64,000 nt of DNA from positions 33,852,001-33,916,000 of the forward strand of contig OZ024742.1 in the NCBI GenBank assembly GCA_964016885.1. The letters are read 5' to 3'. The notes under the pieces were generated by a model. It was given only the letters and a program-made list of their open reading frames with translations, did not search any database and was not told the origin of the DNA. The position numbers and the translations under genes were made by a program. The DNA comes from Eledone cirrhosa. Its lineage: Eukaryota. Position 1 is the first letter of the stretch, and each line of letters starts with the position of its first letter. Positions 1 to 14,029 of this stretch are shown here, piece by piece.

Positions 1-136
1 TCGGTAGTGGTAGAGCACTCAGTCCATCAGTCCATGGGACGAGTTCGGTAGATGTAGTAACACAAGATTTGTTAGTTCACCATACCAAGAATTTTTCTCG
101 TCTCGGTATGGTGAACTAACCGTTGTGTTACTACTT
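1..136. mobile_element. Fold-back copy of HHR family A (cut by the window edge)
   Basis: Arms gttagttcaccatacc and ggtatggtgaactaac; homologous to 215-452 and 22559-22800. Confidence 0.75.
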
Positions 137-152
137 CTCTCTCTCTCTCTCC

Positions 153-208
<56 letters not shown>

Positions 209-214
209 GTATAT

Positions 215-452
215 AGTGGTGGAACACTGAAAGGTAATATCCGTAGTGGTAGAGCACTCAGTCCAAGGGACGAGTTAGGTAGAAGTGGTTACACAACAGT
301 TAGTTCACCATACCGAGAACAATTGTTTCACCTTAGCGGATCTTCAGCTCGGGATGTGTATGGTTCCTATAACCATACACATCCCAAGCTGAAGATCCGC
401 TAAGGTGAAACAATTGTTCTCGGTATGGTGAACTAACTGTTGTGTAACCACT
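215..452. mobile_element. (TA)n-flanked fold-back element, family A, with HHRs at 313-352 (-) and 384-423 (+)
   Basis: An ~80-bp near-perfect inverted repeat. HHR reads CCGAG CTGAAGA tccgctaaggt GAAAC AATT GTT CTCGG. Confidence 0.85.
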
Positions 453-469
453 TATATATATATATACGT

Positions 470-715
470 TCGTTAAATTTACGTGTATGTGAGCAAGATT
501 CCACAGATACATGTACCCTTAAAGAAGTTTCTAGAAAGATTTAGTGTGAAAGATTTGACCTTTTGCATTAGAGGTACAACACATTTTTCCATTTGAGTGA
601 TGTGAAACAACGTAAAATAAAGTATCTTGTTCAAGGACAGGACACACTGCTAAGAGTCAAACTCACGACCTTATGATAGTATGGTGAAGACTCTAAGTAG
701 TCAACCACGTGCCTC
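470..715 (-). mobile_element. Degenerate tRNA-derived SINE (family B)
   Basis: Similar to 1873-2200 and 3132-3348 (tRNA-like head followed by a gtcc.tgaacaaga motif). Confidence 0.5.
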
Positions 716-945
716 ACAATATCTTAATTCTATAAATAAGCTAATTCAAGTATATCTATTCATGCTACTAATACTCTAAACAACCTTTTGGTTATATTTA
801 TACAGACATACGGGAAGGTCAAGGGTGGAACACCTTTGGTCATAAAGTTGTTCTATTAGCGGTGACCTTATGTTAAGCAACAACAGCAAGAATAACAACA
901 TAAAATACATATAGAAATATAGCTGAATATAAATATTTCACTTAC

Positions 946-1076
946 TTTAATTTCTGCAAGGCCTCTTCTATAGATTCCACAGACACTTTCAAGTTCTTGT
1001 AAAGGCTAGGGTTGATTTTGGAAAGGAAATATTTGGCCGCACCGTTTTCTAAGGTACCCACTTGCATTGTTCGCAA
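946..1076 (-). CDS. GRIN3: Internal exon of the GluN3-like NMDA receptor subunit (start of the S2 ligand-binding lobe)
   Basis: The minus strand reads tttacag|TTG...TTA AA|gtaagt. It translates to LRTMQVGTLENGAAKYFLSKINPSLYKNLKVSVESIEEALQKL(K). The phase-0 start joins the phase-0 end (INDKR) of exon 38447-39479 and matches the iGluR pattern 'I.D.RL...GT....A..Y'. Confidence 0.85.
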
Positions 1077-1639
1077 CTGTAAATTGCAAGATTCATAAAA
1101 TATTATTCAATAAAGTAGAAAATAACGAAGCAATTATAACAATCTTATTTTCGATCTTTAGAACAGAGATACGCGATATGGTACAGCTGAAACATTAGTG
1201 GTCAACACAAAATTTCAATGATCCACGAGTTTCGTAAGACCCAAGACTTACTTCTGTTACCTCTGTTACTTCTGTTACTTTTGTTTTTATATACCACTGT
1301 CTAAAATAGAAATCTGGTAAAAGTAAATTTACATCGATTATATTTTACAATGTCCGATTAATTCCTTAATTTAAAATATTTATGTCCCACCGCGTTGCGT
1401 ATTACAATTAACAGAACATTTATATTTGGTGTTCCAAGAAATTTTCATCATGAATTTTGTGGACCTTTTCTGAAAATGGTTGTTTATGAGAGCACAATGG
1501 TTGTATATGTGGACATTTTCTGAAAATGGTTGTGTATGAAACGTCCCTCAATATTGATAGAAAATAACTATAATGAAAGGTGTTTCAGTCGGGGTGGTCC
1601 CGTCTTTACTGGTTTAACTAGAGCGGCGGTTATTCCGTC

Positions 1640-1850
1640 CACGTATTTGATCTTGCCTCGCTTCAGTAAGCCAAATTCCATTAGGATGTCCAAACTAAAG
1701 TCATGCACTGTGTTCGTAAATGAACTAATTTGGGATTCGTCTTTTCCATATAATTTCGGATCATCCATGAATAATAGAGGATTGACCCTTTGTTGTTGTC
1801 CCCTAAACTCATACCTTGCTTTAGTTCTTCTCAACAATAGCAGCAAGGTA
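1640..1850 (-). pseudogene. R4/Dong-clade reverse transcriptase fragment
   Basis: NPLLFMDDPKLYGK...VHDFSLDILMEFG...LKRGK resembles the R4-clade 'NHLLYMDDLKLY...FS.DI.MEFG' and the RTs at 56865 and 60820. Confidence 0.75.
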
Positions 1851-1872
1851 TAACATTAATATTGAAGGTACG

Positions 1873-2200
1873 TCGGTTAGTGGTTAGGATGTTCGGGCAC
1901 GATCGTAAGGTTATGAGTTCCATTGCTGCTAGTGTCTTGTGTCCTTAAGCAAGGCGCGTTATTTCACATTGCTCCAGTCCTTTCAACTGGTAAACCTCAG
2001 TTCTACATGTACTTCAAAGCGTCTGTCTGGTCACACATTTTATCACGCCGAATCTGTCTCAAAACTATGTTAAGAGCGCGCGTGTTTGTGAAGTGCTCGG
2101 CCATTTGCATGTTAATTTCATGAGCAGGCTGTTTCGTTCTTCGAAGAACTGGAACACTCATCGCCAGAACCGACGATGGCCCAACACACACAGACACGTA
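1873..2200 (+). mobile_element. tRNA-derived SINE (family B, CORE/V-like central motif)
   Basis: A-box-like tagtggttag, B-box-like gagttc, then tgtgtccttaagcaag...atttcacattgct. Confidence 0.6.
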
Positions 2201-2250
2201 ACAGGAGCAGCAAAAACAATATAAAACAATCCCCAAACAACAAAACAATA

Positions 2251-2431
2251 ATTGTTTCTGCTTTTGGCACAAGGCCAGCAATTATCTCAGTGCATTACTG
2301 GTACTTCATTTTATCGACTCCGTAAGGATGAAAGGCAAAGTTAACCTCGGCGTGATTTGAACTCAGACCGTAAAGAGGCGTAACTCTATGCTGCAAGGCA
2401 TGGCATCCGACCTTCTACCGATACTGCCAAT
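2251..2431 (-). mobile_element. tRNA-derived SINE (family A, Meta/MESC-like domain)
   Basis: The minus strand reads tggcagtatcggtag...gagttcaaat...gcctttcatccttacgg.gtcgataaaat...gtaccag. About 10 copies occur in the window. Confidence 0.85.
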
Positions 2432-2975
2432 GAATATTACAACAAAAGAATATTACAACAACACCATAACGCGGGTGGATGGTGTGGGGAATATTTAACA
2501 CGAAATTTTGTGAGATAAGATATGGATTAGATCAGAGAAGATTTATATGTTCCAATAGCTTTCTTGGCTGACATTTCAAGTATTATTAACATTCTTTTGA
2601 CAAATACATTCAAGGTATACATCCCGTGTGTTAGACTAGGAAATAAACTACATTTGTTCACACAATTTTCACATATATATAATTCTATCCAATATTTGAA
2701 TGACGTGATAGGGTTAGCTATGTTATATGAACATTTTCGTACAGTATCTTTCAAACAAACATCCCCTCATATACACACACATCCTCTCCCTCTAACATAC
2801 ACACATATGAATTGTATATTTAATATATATAAAGTATATGTACGCGCGCACACACACATACAAATATATATATATATAACACACATATATATATACATAT
2901 ATATATATACATATATATATATATACATATATATATATACATATATATATATACATATATGCATGTATACATGTA

Positions 2976-3100
2976 TACTCGATACTTGGGGTAATAGAGT
3001 ATGGTTATATTATAAAGAGTCGGGACCCCGATGGCAGAGCTCTTGCCGTTTCGGCAGCTGATTGAAACGGGAAGAGCTCAGCCGTCGGGATCCCGAGTCT

Positions 3101-3110
<10 letters not shown>
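2976..3110. mobile_element. Fold-back element containing the 3' half of an HHR
   Basis: Inverted arms span 3007-3110 with GAAACGG..GAGCTC..CCGTC at 3064-3086. Homologous to 35531-35720, 49428-49572 and 20220-20315. Confidence 0.65.
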
Positions 3111-3697
<587 letters not shown>

Positions 3698-3719
3698 ATG
3701 CATATATATCTATACTTGA

Positions 3720-3930
3720 TATAGAAATGGCTTCTACGGGACTAGAACTGTTTCATTCGGAAGAAATCATCAGGAAAGAAACCATCAGGACTTTCCTGAT
3801 GATTTCTTCCTAATGAAAGTTCTACTCCTGTAGAAGCCATTTCTATATTAAATATTTATACTCTGCTACGTATTGAATACCTTACTCACTGAAGTTACCC
3901 CCGATTGAACTCGGGATAAACATATCTGTA
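3720..3930. mobile_element. Fold-back element with an HHR-like core in both arms
   Basis: Inverted arms span 3720-3848 with CTGATGA tttcttcc.aat GAAA. A related piece lies at 40873-40950. Stems I and III are imperfect. Confidence 0.6.
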
Positions 3931-4008
3931 TATCTATCTATCTATCTATTCCAAAACTGGAATTGTATAATCAAGACAGTAGCGGTATGTCATATATCAA
4001 ATCATATA

Positions 4009-4072
4009 TTTTATCTGATGAGGGCGTACTGAAAAAAAAAAACACAGTACCTTTGAAATATATATCATAAAA
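4009..4072 (+). ncRNA. Type I hammerhead ribozyme (family B)
   Basis: TTTTAT CTGATGA GGGcGTACTG-(A)n-caCAGTACCTTt GAAA TATATA TC ATAAAA; stem I can extend further. Confidence 0.75.
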
Positions 4073-4275
4073 CATATATTTTGATTATGTGAATATCTTT
4101 CATTTGTTAATATTTTGAATAATATCTATCTATATATATATATAATTGGTTCGATCATTGAATCGATCGTGCCTCGAGCTGGTCGCCAGAGAAACGATTG
4201 TAATATGTCTAATAAATCTTATTCGTCGCACCACTGATTCTCCGTTTCTTATGTGATATATATATACAGAGAGAG

Positions 4276-4384
<109 letters not shown>

Positions 4385-5113
4385 GATAGAGAGATAGAGA
4401 GAGATATGTGGTTTCCCATGATATTGGCAGTATGCAAGCGATCTGAAGTCTTGGATATTTAGCTTCAATTCTCTCACTGAGTGATCATAGAACCGCACGA
4501 ACGTTATAATATATCTCGATCTTTTTTTTGGTATGTATGCTTCTACCTTGGTCGAAAAGTTGTTTGTGATTTAATGTGTGAGCTATTTCTAGCGCCACCA
4601 CTTACGACTTTCAACCTATCGAACGAACGTTGAAATTTTATTTTTACTCGGCACGTTGCGTGAGCAAAGGCAAGCCTCCTTTTTTTTGGGACCTAAAATA
4701 TTTCTGGAATTACAAGTTGCTTACTGGTGACTACAGGTTCTTGGCTTTACCATTTACCAATGTTGATCAACGGTGAATGTTGATGATTTTTGCTAGCATG
4801 AAATGATACCATATAGTCCCTATAAAAACGTAGTGGATATGTAAGCATATCATTTATTCTGTCCCTCTGTTTTTAACTTGATTATATTTTTCTCTACAAA
4901 ATACTAGATATGTGGTTTTCTATGATATTGGCAGTGTACAACCGCTCTGATGTCTTGCATTTTTAGCGTCAATTCTCTCATTGAGCGATCATAGAGTCGC
5001 ATGCACAGTTTTGCAAGAAATGTCAACATGAATGGACCTGTTCTTTTTATCTAAAGACATTTTTTCCAATTCCAACCCGCCCGTCCCCTCAATCTATCTT
5101 ATTTCTCATTCTT

Positions 5114-5149
5114 TCTTCTGATGAAGGACTGGCGCCCGAAACGTTAAGA
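5114..5149 (+). ncRNA. Minimal hammerhead ribozyme (family C) in a PLE 3' end
   Basis: TCTT CTGATGA AGGactggcgCCC GAAAC GTT AAGA, with palindromic AACGTT. Second copy at 21067-21102. Confidence 0.7.
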
Positions 5150-5259
5150 CCCTTTTCCTGCTATATCAAGCGTAAACCTAATATATCTCTTCCATATACT
5201 GTACCGATTGTGTTGTTATTTCTGTTTACCTTTTACATACATATTTATATATATATACA

Positions 5260-7177
<1,918 letters not shown>

Positions 7178-8096
7178 TTCTTCTCATGTTTTTTATACAT
7201 ATTTACCTCGGCTGCGTTTGTCTGTTTCTCTCTTTCTCTCTTACTGCTCCCCCGTTCTCTTTGTTTCTCTCACCTTCTTTCGCCCCCTCTGTCAGTTACA
7301 CTTTCTCTCGACTGACCTCTTCCTCGCACTTCCACTCACTCACTCTCTGTTTCTCCCCTTCTCAGTTCCTCCTGTTTCGTTGGTAGTGGGGTTCTTTCTT
7401 TCTTTCTCACATCTCACTCACGTCGGACGGTCTGTATTCTGAACGCTCATGAAATTCACCCAGCTTAAGCTGACCAGATAACCATGTTGCTTGATTTTTT
7501 TCCTATCTTCGGTTTGCTTTTATCACTGACGAGGGACTAATTTTATAATATGTAACACATGTGCAACCACGCAGTATTCCTCTTTCTTCTCATGTTTTTT
7601 ATACATATTTACCTCGGCTGCGTTTGTCTGTTTCTCTCTTTCTCTCTTACTGCTCCCCCGTTCTCTCTGTTTCTCTCACCTTCTTTCGCCCCCCTCTGTC
7701 AGTTACACTTGCTCTCGACTGACCTCTTCCTCGCACTTCCACTGGTAGTGGGGTTCTTTCTTTCTTTCTCACATCTTACTCACGTCGGACGGTCTGTATT
7801 CTGAACGCTCATGAAATTCACCCAGCTTAAGCTGACCGGATAACCATGTTGCTTGTTTTTTTTCCTATCTTCGGTTTGCTTTTATCCTTCTATGTTGTTT
7901 ACTTGTCTCACTCGCTTTACGCGACTCACTTGTCCCAATAGCTTTTTTTAGTTATTGCTCGCACCAACATGAGGTATATGATTTTTAATGCGATGAAATA
8001 CCAATGATGGTTTGCAAATCACTGACGAGGGATTAATTTCATAATATGTAACCCATGTGCAACCACGCAGTATTCCTCTTTCTTCTCATGTTTTTT

Positions 8097-8100
<4 letters not shown>
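7178..8100 (+). repeat. Tandem duplication (~405 and ~500 bp units plus a partial third)
   Basis: ttcttctcatgttttttatac starts at about 7178, 7583 and 8080. Each unit has CTGACGA but no matching GAAAC. Confidence 0.85.
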
Positions 8101-8130
<30 letters not shown>

Positions 8131-8136
<6 letters not shown>

Positions 8137-9580
8137 ATAAATGCTCTGAAATAGCGATATATATGTGAATATAGACATAGAATATTCGAAAATATTCTGT
8201 ATGTTTATAATAAACATTTTGAAGACCTAATCGCTATAGAATAGAATACGTCACGTATTACAATTAGATTCTCGATAAAAGCAAGGGAAGTAATCTACGC
8301 GTTTCATTCTCGTTAGAAATCATCAGGACTACATATCCAGTGCTTTTATCGAGAATGACACAGCTAGAGACTTATAGAATACTTAGCTGTGTACAGGAAC
8401 TGGTTTGAAAGAGCGGTTGCCGGTCCGGCAGAAATTAGAAATTGGAATAAATGCTCTGAAATAGCGATATATATGTGAATATAGACATAGAATATTCGAA
8501 AATATTCTGTATGTTTATAATAAACATTTTGAAGACCTAATCGCTATAGAATAGAATACGTCACGTATTACAATTAGATTCTCGATAAAAGCAAGGGAAG
8601 TAATCTACGCGTTTCATTCTCGTTAGAAATCATCAGGACTACATATCCAGTGCTTTTATCGAGAATGACACAGCTAGAGACTTATAGAATACTTAGCTGT
8701 GTACAGGAACTGGTTTGAAAGAGCGGTTGCCGGTCCGGCAGAAATTAGAAATTGGAATAAATGCTCTGAAATAGCGATATATATGTGAATATAGACATAG
8801 AATATTCGAAAATATTCTGTATGTTTATAATAAACATTTTGAAGACCTAATCGCTATAGAATAGAATACGTCACGTATTACAATTAGATTCTCGATAAAA
8901 GCAAGGGAAGTAATCTACGCGTTTCATTCTCGTTAGAAATCATCAGGACTACATATCCAGTGCTTTTATCGAGAATGACACAGCTAGAGACTTATAGAAT
9001 ACTTAGCTGTGTACAGGAACTGGTTTGAAAGAGCGGTTGCCGGTCCGGCAGAAATTAGAAATTGGAATAAATGCTCTGAAATAGCGATATATATGTGAAT
9101 ATAGACATAGAATATTCGAAAATATTCTGTATGTTTATAATAAACATTTTGAAGACCTAATCGCTATAGAATAGAATACGTCACGTATTACAATTAGATT
9201 CTCGATAAAAGCAAGGGAAGTAATCTACGCGTTTCATTCTCGTTAGAAATCATCAGGACTACATATCCAGTGCTTTTATCGAGAATGACACAGCTAGAGA
9301 CTTATAGAATACTTAGCTGTGTACAGGAACTGGTTCCTGTACACAGTTCCTGTACACAGCTAAGTATTCTATAAGTCTCTAGCTGTGTCATTCTCGATAA
9401 AAGCACTGGATATGTAGTCCTGATGATTTCTAACGAGAATGAAACGCGTAGATTACTTCCCTTGCTTTTATCGAGAATCTAATTGTAATACGTGACGTAT
9501 TCTATTCTATAGCGATTAGGTCTTCAAAATGTTTATTATAAACATACAGAATATTTTCGAATATTCTATGTCTATATTCA
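8131..9580 (-). mobile_element. Retrozyme-like array: ~3.9 tandem 310-bp monomers plus an inverted partial monomer, one HHR each
   Basis: Units start at 8131, 8441, 8751 and 9061, with inversion from ~9336. HHRs at 8290-8332, 8600-8642, 8910-8952 and 9220-9262 (-) and 9414-9456 (+). Confidence 0.9.
9414..9456 (+). ncRNA. Minimal type I hammerhead ribozyme (family F, representative copy)
   Basis: GTAGTC CTGATGA tTTCT aacg AGAAt GAAAC GC GTA GATTAC, with palindrome ACGCGT. Flanked by a 15-bp stem ttctcgataaaagca/tgcttttatcgagaa. Confidence 0.9.
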
Positions 9581-9629
9581 TATATATATATATATATATA
9601 TATTCTTTTATATTTTTTCTTTATTTGTT

Positions 9630-10760
9630 TAGTTGTATTTATAATACTTGAATGTCTTTCTAATTCTATGGTTACATGCGATAAATAATTCTTGCCTTTT
9701 ATTTAATAGAATGTCTTTCATTTAGTAATTTCAAAAATTTCTTGGGAACATAGTCCACATTCCTTATTGCCCTGATAAGAAATGGCTCTTTTGAGAATCT
9801 TCCAACTTAGGTTATAATTAATTTTCTTCTTTTTACAATTATTAACTGCTTCCGCTAAAGAAGTGGTATTAGCTAATCTTGTGTTTCGAAAACTGTGGGT
9901 GTGTGCATAAAATCTCGATTTAAACGGATTAGATGTGGATCCAATATAGGATTGATTAGAGTCCTTAGTGGTAATTATACATTTATACACTATATTATTA
10001 ATTAAGCAATTTCCATTTAAGGAGCAATTACTTTTTACTCTACAATTACAACCGTTTGTACATAGGGTTTCAGATGTGCTTGCTGTATTCCTAATAATAG
10101 TGCTAGTATTTGTATTTACATTTTTATATGACAGAGAAGGGTTTGCGGTTGGGTGGTCATGGCTCGAAGGGTTGTTAGTTGGTGAAATTATAGGGGATAT
10201 AGTGTTTATAGAATCATGGTTGTTTTGGAAGTTATTGGTCAGATTGGGTATGTAATTCTTAGCTCTTATTAAGGATGAGGAAGTTGGTAGTTGGTTGTAG
10301 GCTGATGTATTGTGTTGGTGAGGTGAGTGAGTGGATGTAGTTAGTTTGTGTGTGGTGTGCTAGAGGTATACATGGAGTTTTTACATTTACATTTATAGAT
10401 GTTATATGCACTTATTTTTTGTTGTATATTGCTCGATGTGGAGTAAGAAAATTTTATTGTATATCTGTTTAAGATTTGATGGTATTTATGTTTAGGTGGG
10501 AAATGTTTATCGAGAATTGCAGAAATCTTTTTAGGGATTTGGCCCATAGTTTGCAAGTTAAATGGAGCATTATACCATGTTACGTTTCTAATTGGTTTCT
10601 TATTGTTATCTTGGGTATTTATAGAAGTTTGAGGGTAGATTTTGTTATCAGATGATACTATAATATTGTGATTATTATTAGGGGTGTGAACAGATTGTTT
10701 AGTAGAATTTTGAATTGTATTAGTTTTTGATTTATTGTTTTTTGCTTGATTTATAGATGA
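9630..10760 (-). pseudogene. Penelope-like element C-terminus (RT thumb, Cys motif, GIY-YIG endonuclease), Naiad-like
   Basis: RNVTWYNAPF...LDKHFPPKHKYHQILNRYTIKFSYS, then CNCRVKSNCSLNGNCL..NIVYKC...YIGST...CGLC, then after a frameshift LLNKRQELFIACNH. Confidence 0.85.
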
Positions 10761-10815
10761 TATACAACTAAACAAATAAATAAATAAAAAAAAATATATA
10801 TATGTGTATATATAC

Positions 10816-11712
10816 TTTTTGCAATTAGAATTACTCCATAGATTCAATCCTATATTTCATCCCTATAACTGTTTTAAATAATTAACTATTAATGAGCACT
10901 ATATATTACATTATATTCAAAAACTCCAACAAAACTTTAACAGACATGCATTTAAAACTATTAAGAAAACCAGATTATTAATGAGATTTGTTATTCGAAA
11001 ATAAAATTCCCTACAGGTAAAACTTCATTCTGACTACTCTAACACAATACAATACTTACACAAATGTTATTATTTTCATACCTATATATTTTTTTATCCA
11101 CTTTTTACTTTTCTTTGGTTCCATCTATATTCCTCTACTTGTTCTATTTTTAGAACAAATTATTCCTCTTCAACAAAGAAATAATAAATATTTAGGATTG
11201 TTCTATACTATTCTACTGGATATAACACACTGATATCCGCACCCCTTTTCCTCCAACTTTAATCTACCTTGACCGTCCACACTTTTCTGGCATTTCTATA
11301 CAATCTGTCTAAAATCCTTTACACTCGCAGCTTTCTTTTCTTTAAGGTCATTCGATACCTCTTCCCCTGACTGCTAATTTATTCATCTACTACTACCAGC
11401 TTAATGATCTATATTGCCCCTTCCTATTTTTACTATTGGTCAATCTCAACCTTGTTCTTAAAAGGTTACTTATTCATACATGTTTTTATATTCTTCAATA
11501 AACAAAGGTCATTTTTTCTGAAGACGGCGGGTAGGGAAGACGTATGTATAATTTTCTTTCTTTTCTTACTTTGATAATTTATAATATATTTTACATAGAT
11601 CACTAATAGAATGAACATACGGAGAACTACCCCCCCCCCAGAAACGATCGTAAAATAATGAGTTTTACTATGAATTATCCGTATTTTGTTTAATTTCATT
11701 CTTTTCACTATT

Positions 11713-11715
<3 letters not shown>
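10816..11715 (+). mobile_element. Inverted copy of family D with HHR at 11509-11661
   Basis: Reverse complement of ~5400-6295. tcatttttt CTGAAGA cGGCGGGTAG...CTACCCCCC.. GAAAC GATC GTA aaataatga. Confidence 0.85.
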
Positions 11716-11773
<58 letters not shown>

Positions 11774-11975
11774 CAGTGTTTGAAACATTCTTAGAAGGGA
11801 AAAACATTTTTTCCATCATGCAGTTATGTATCTTAATGTCATCTCTAGTACGGCATTAGGTAAATCCACCGGGGCATCTCTCTTCCATCTTTTACATATA
11901 CATATATTCTCACACACGCATACAGAAATATACGCCTAGGAGCACGTATTAGCTCTTACACATACCATTGTGTCG

Positions 11976-12120
<145 letters not shown>

Positions 12121-12186
12121 CGCGCGCGGGTGTGTGTGTGTGTGCATATATATATATGTATACATATATATATATGTATATATATA

Positions 12187-12220
<34 letters not shown>

Positions 12221-12332
12221 CATATGTATATATATACATATATGTATATATGTATATATATATATTTATATATGTATATATATATATATATATAGACATA
12301 TATATATATATATATATGTCTATATATATGTC

Positions 12333-12431
<99 letters not shown>

Positions 12432-13517
12432 ATGCTTTCTATATATATTTCTATATACCTATGTCAGTGTATAAGTGCGTACATGTATGTACAAATATAT
12501 GAATATTTTCTTAAGCCTGGATGTTATATAAATGATATATGTTAACATTAGCACCCTCATTTATGCACACACATACACACAAATACATACAAACATACAT
12601 ACATATACACACACAAACATATACAAACAGGCAGATTTTCACACTTGCTCACCCTCTTACATAACGCACAGCTAATGAGGAAGTCTCTACGTTGACACAT
12701 GACTTGCAAGAATGTCAGCTAAATCTTCTTATATTACTATTCTACCGCCTTAAAATGGATAAATATTCTGGATAAACCAAATTCTGAATATAATATGCCA
12801 GAAATGAAGACTTGAAGGTTATGATTAGTTCGCTGGTCGAATAAAACATTCATAAAATCACTGACAGTTTCGCGATTAATGGAGCGACCTGGTCGTGAAA
12901 TTAATGTGCAAGTGGCTGGGCATTCTACTGACATAATTCTCCAGATAGTTCAGCGTGACACAGTGCTTGGAAAGGTTGACTCTTTAAATTATAAGTATAG
13001 TCCACCCGATGCTTCTGTCTATCCAGAGAACTAATAATTATGGAAGGAAGTTAGACATTCGGCGCTTCTGCATCAACATTGCCAAACAATATAGATACAG
13101 GGCGGCCGATTAATAGGTATCGGCCTCCACAGCACGACAGATTAATCGGTAATCGATAATGGGCCAACTTGCTTATCGGTACATCACCAATGAACACACA
13201 CACAGATATGTATATATATATATATACATATAAATATAAAAAAAAAAACACATTCATTCAGTCAGCCATATTAGAGCCCTGGAAATAAATCATATTGACT
13301 ATTCTGCCTCATGACGTAGATGTTTTATTTACTAATCTCACGGCATTAATATATATATAGTGGAATTTATTTACTTCAACCAAATTACTGTCGAATACTT
13401 ATTCAATTGAAAAATTATCCAACGTTAACAACCTCATAACTTACACGTGGCTATTATTATACAAGTTCTCTGGTGATCACTCTTCTTTCTCTGTTTTTCT
13501 CTACTTTCCTCTACCTT

Positions 13518-13586
<69 letters not shown>

Positions 13587-13689
13587 TCCTCCCTCTCTCC
13601 TCTCTTTCCTCATCCATCTCTGCTTTCCTCTCCCCTCTTTCTCCCCCTCTCTCTATCTCTCAAACAGTCTTTATAGTAATATCTATTAT

Positions 13690-14012
13690 ATTACGCATAT
13701 CTTCTCACCGGTCGCTCTCCAGGAGGTTTGTGGTCGAACCCTTAGAAGTGGTGTCCTTGGCCCTAGGTTCACCCCCTTACTCACTACTATCAGCACAGAG
13801 TTGGCTACCCGCAGGTGTGAGCCTCACAAGCTGGAATGGCTCTTCCAGTACGTCTCCCTCACCATCCTCCTGGGAAACGTCTTCGCTATTTTGTCTGCCG
13901 GTCCCACCAGGTGGCCAGTGTGTGGGCTCCCATCTGCTTATAATAGTGAGAGATGGGGAGAGCGGGAGATACAGAGGCAGTGACAGTCGGAGTTTGGTTC
14001 CATTGTGTATAT
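13690..14012 (+). pseudogene. CRE-clade non-LTR element 3' fragment
   Basis: LGPRFTPLLTTISTELATRRCEP...WLFQYVSLTILLGNVFAIL; homologous to 17640-17955. Confidence 0.65.
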
Positions 14013-14029
14013 GTATAGATTTATTTACC

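Noticed and set aside
4403-5005. HHR in a ~505-bp terminally repeated unit (TTGATGA...GAAATGATACCATA at 4780-4813)
   Set aside because: The direct repeat is real, but the core is mutated and stem I is absent, so it is not counted as a ribozyme.
7525-7531. Isolated CTGACGA/CTGATGA hits (7525, 8022, 19907, 21301, 48650)
   Set aside because: No properly paired GAAA/NUH partner was found.
8131-9335. Regular repeat arrays as possible CRISPR
   Set aside because: The whole 310-bp unit repeats with no unique spacers or cas genes, and the context is eukaryotic.
9718-9720. TGA ending the GIY-YIG ORF as selenocysteine
   Set aside because: It is not at a Cys position, and homology resumes in another frame, so it is a frameshift.
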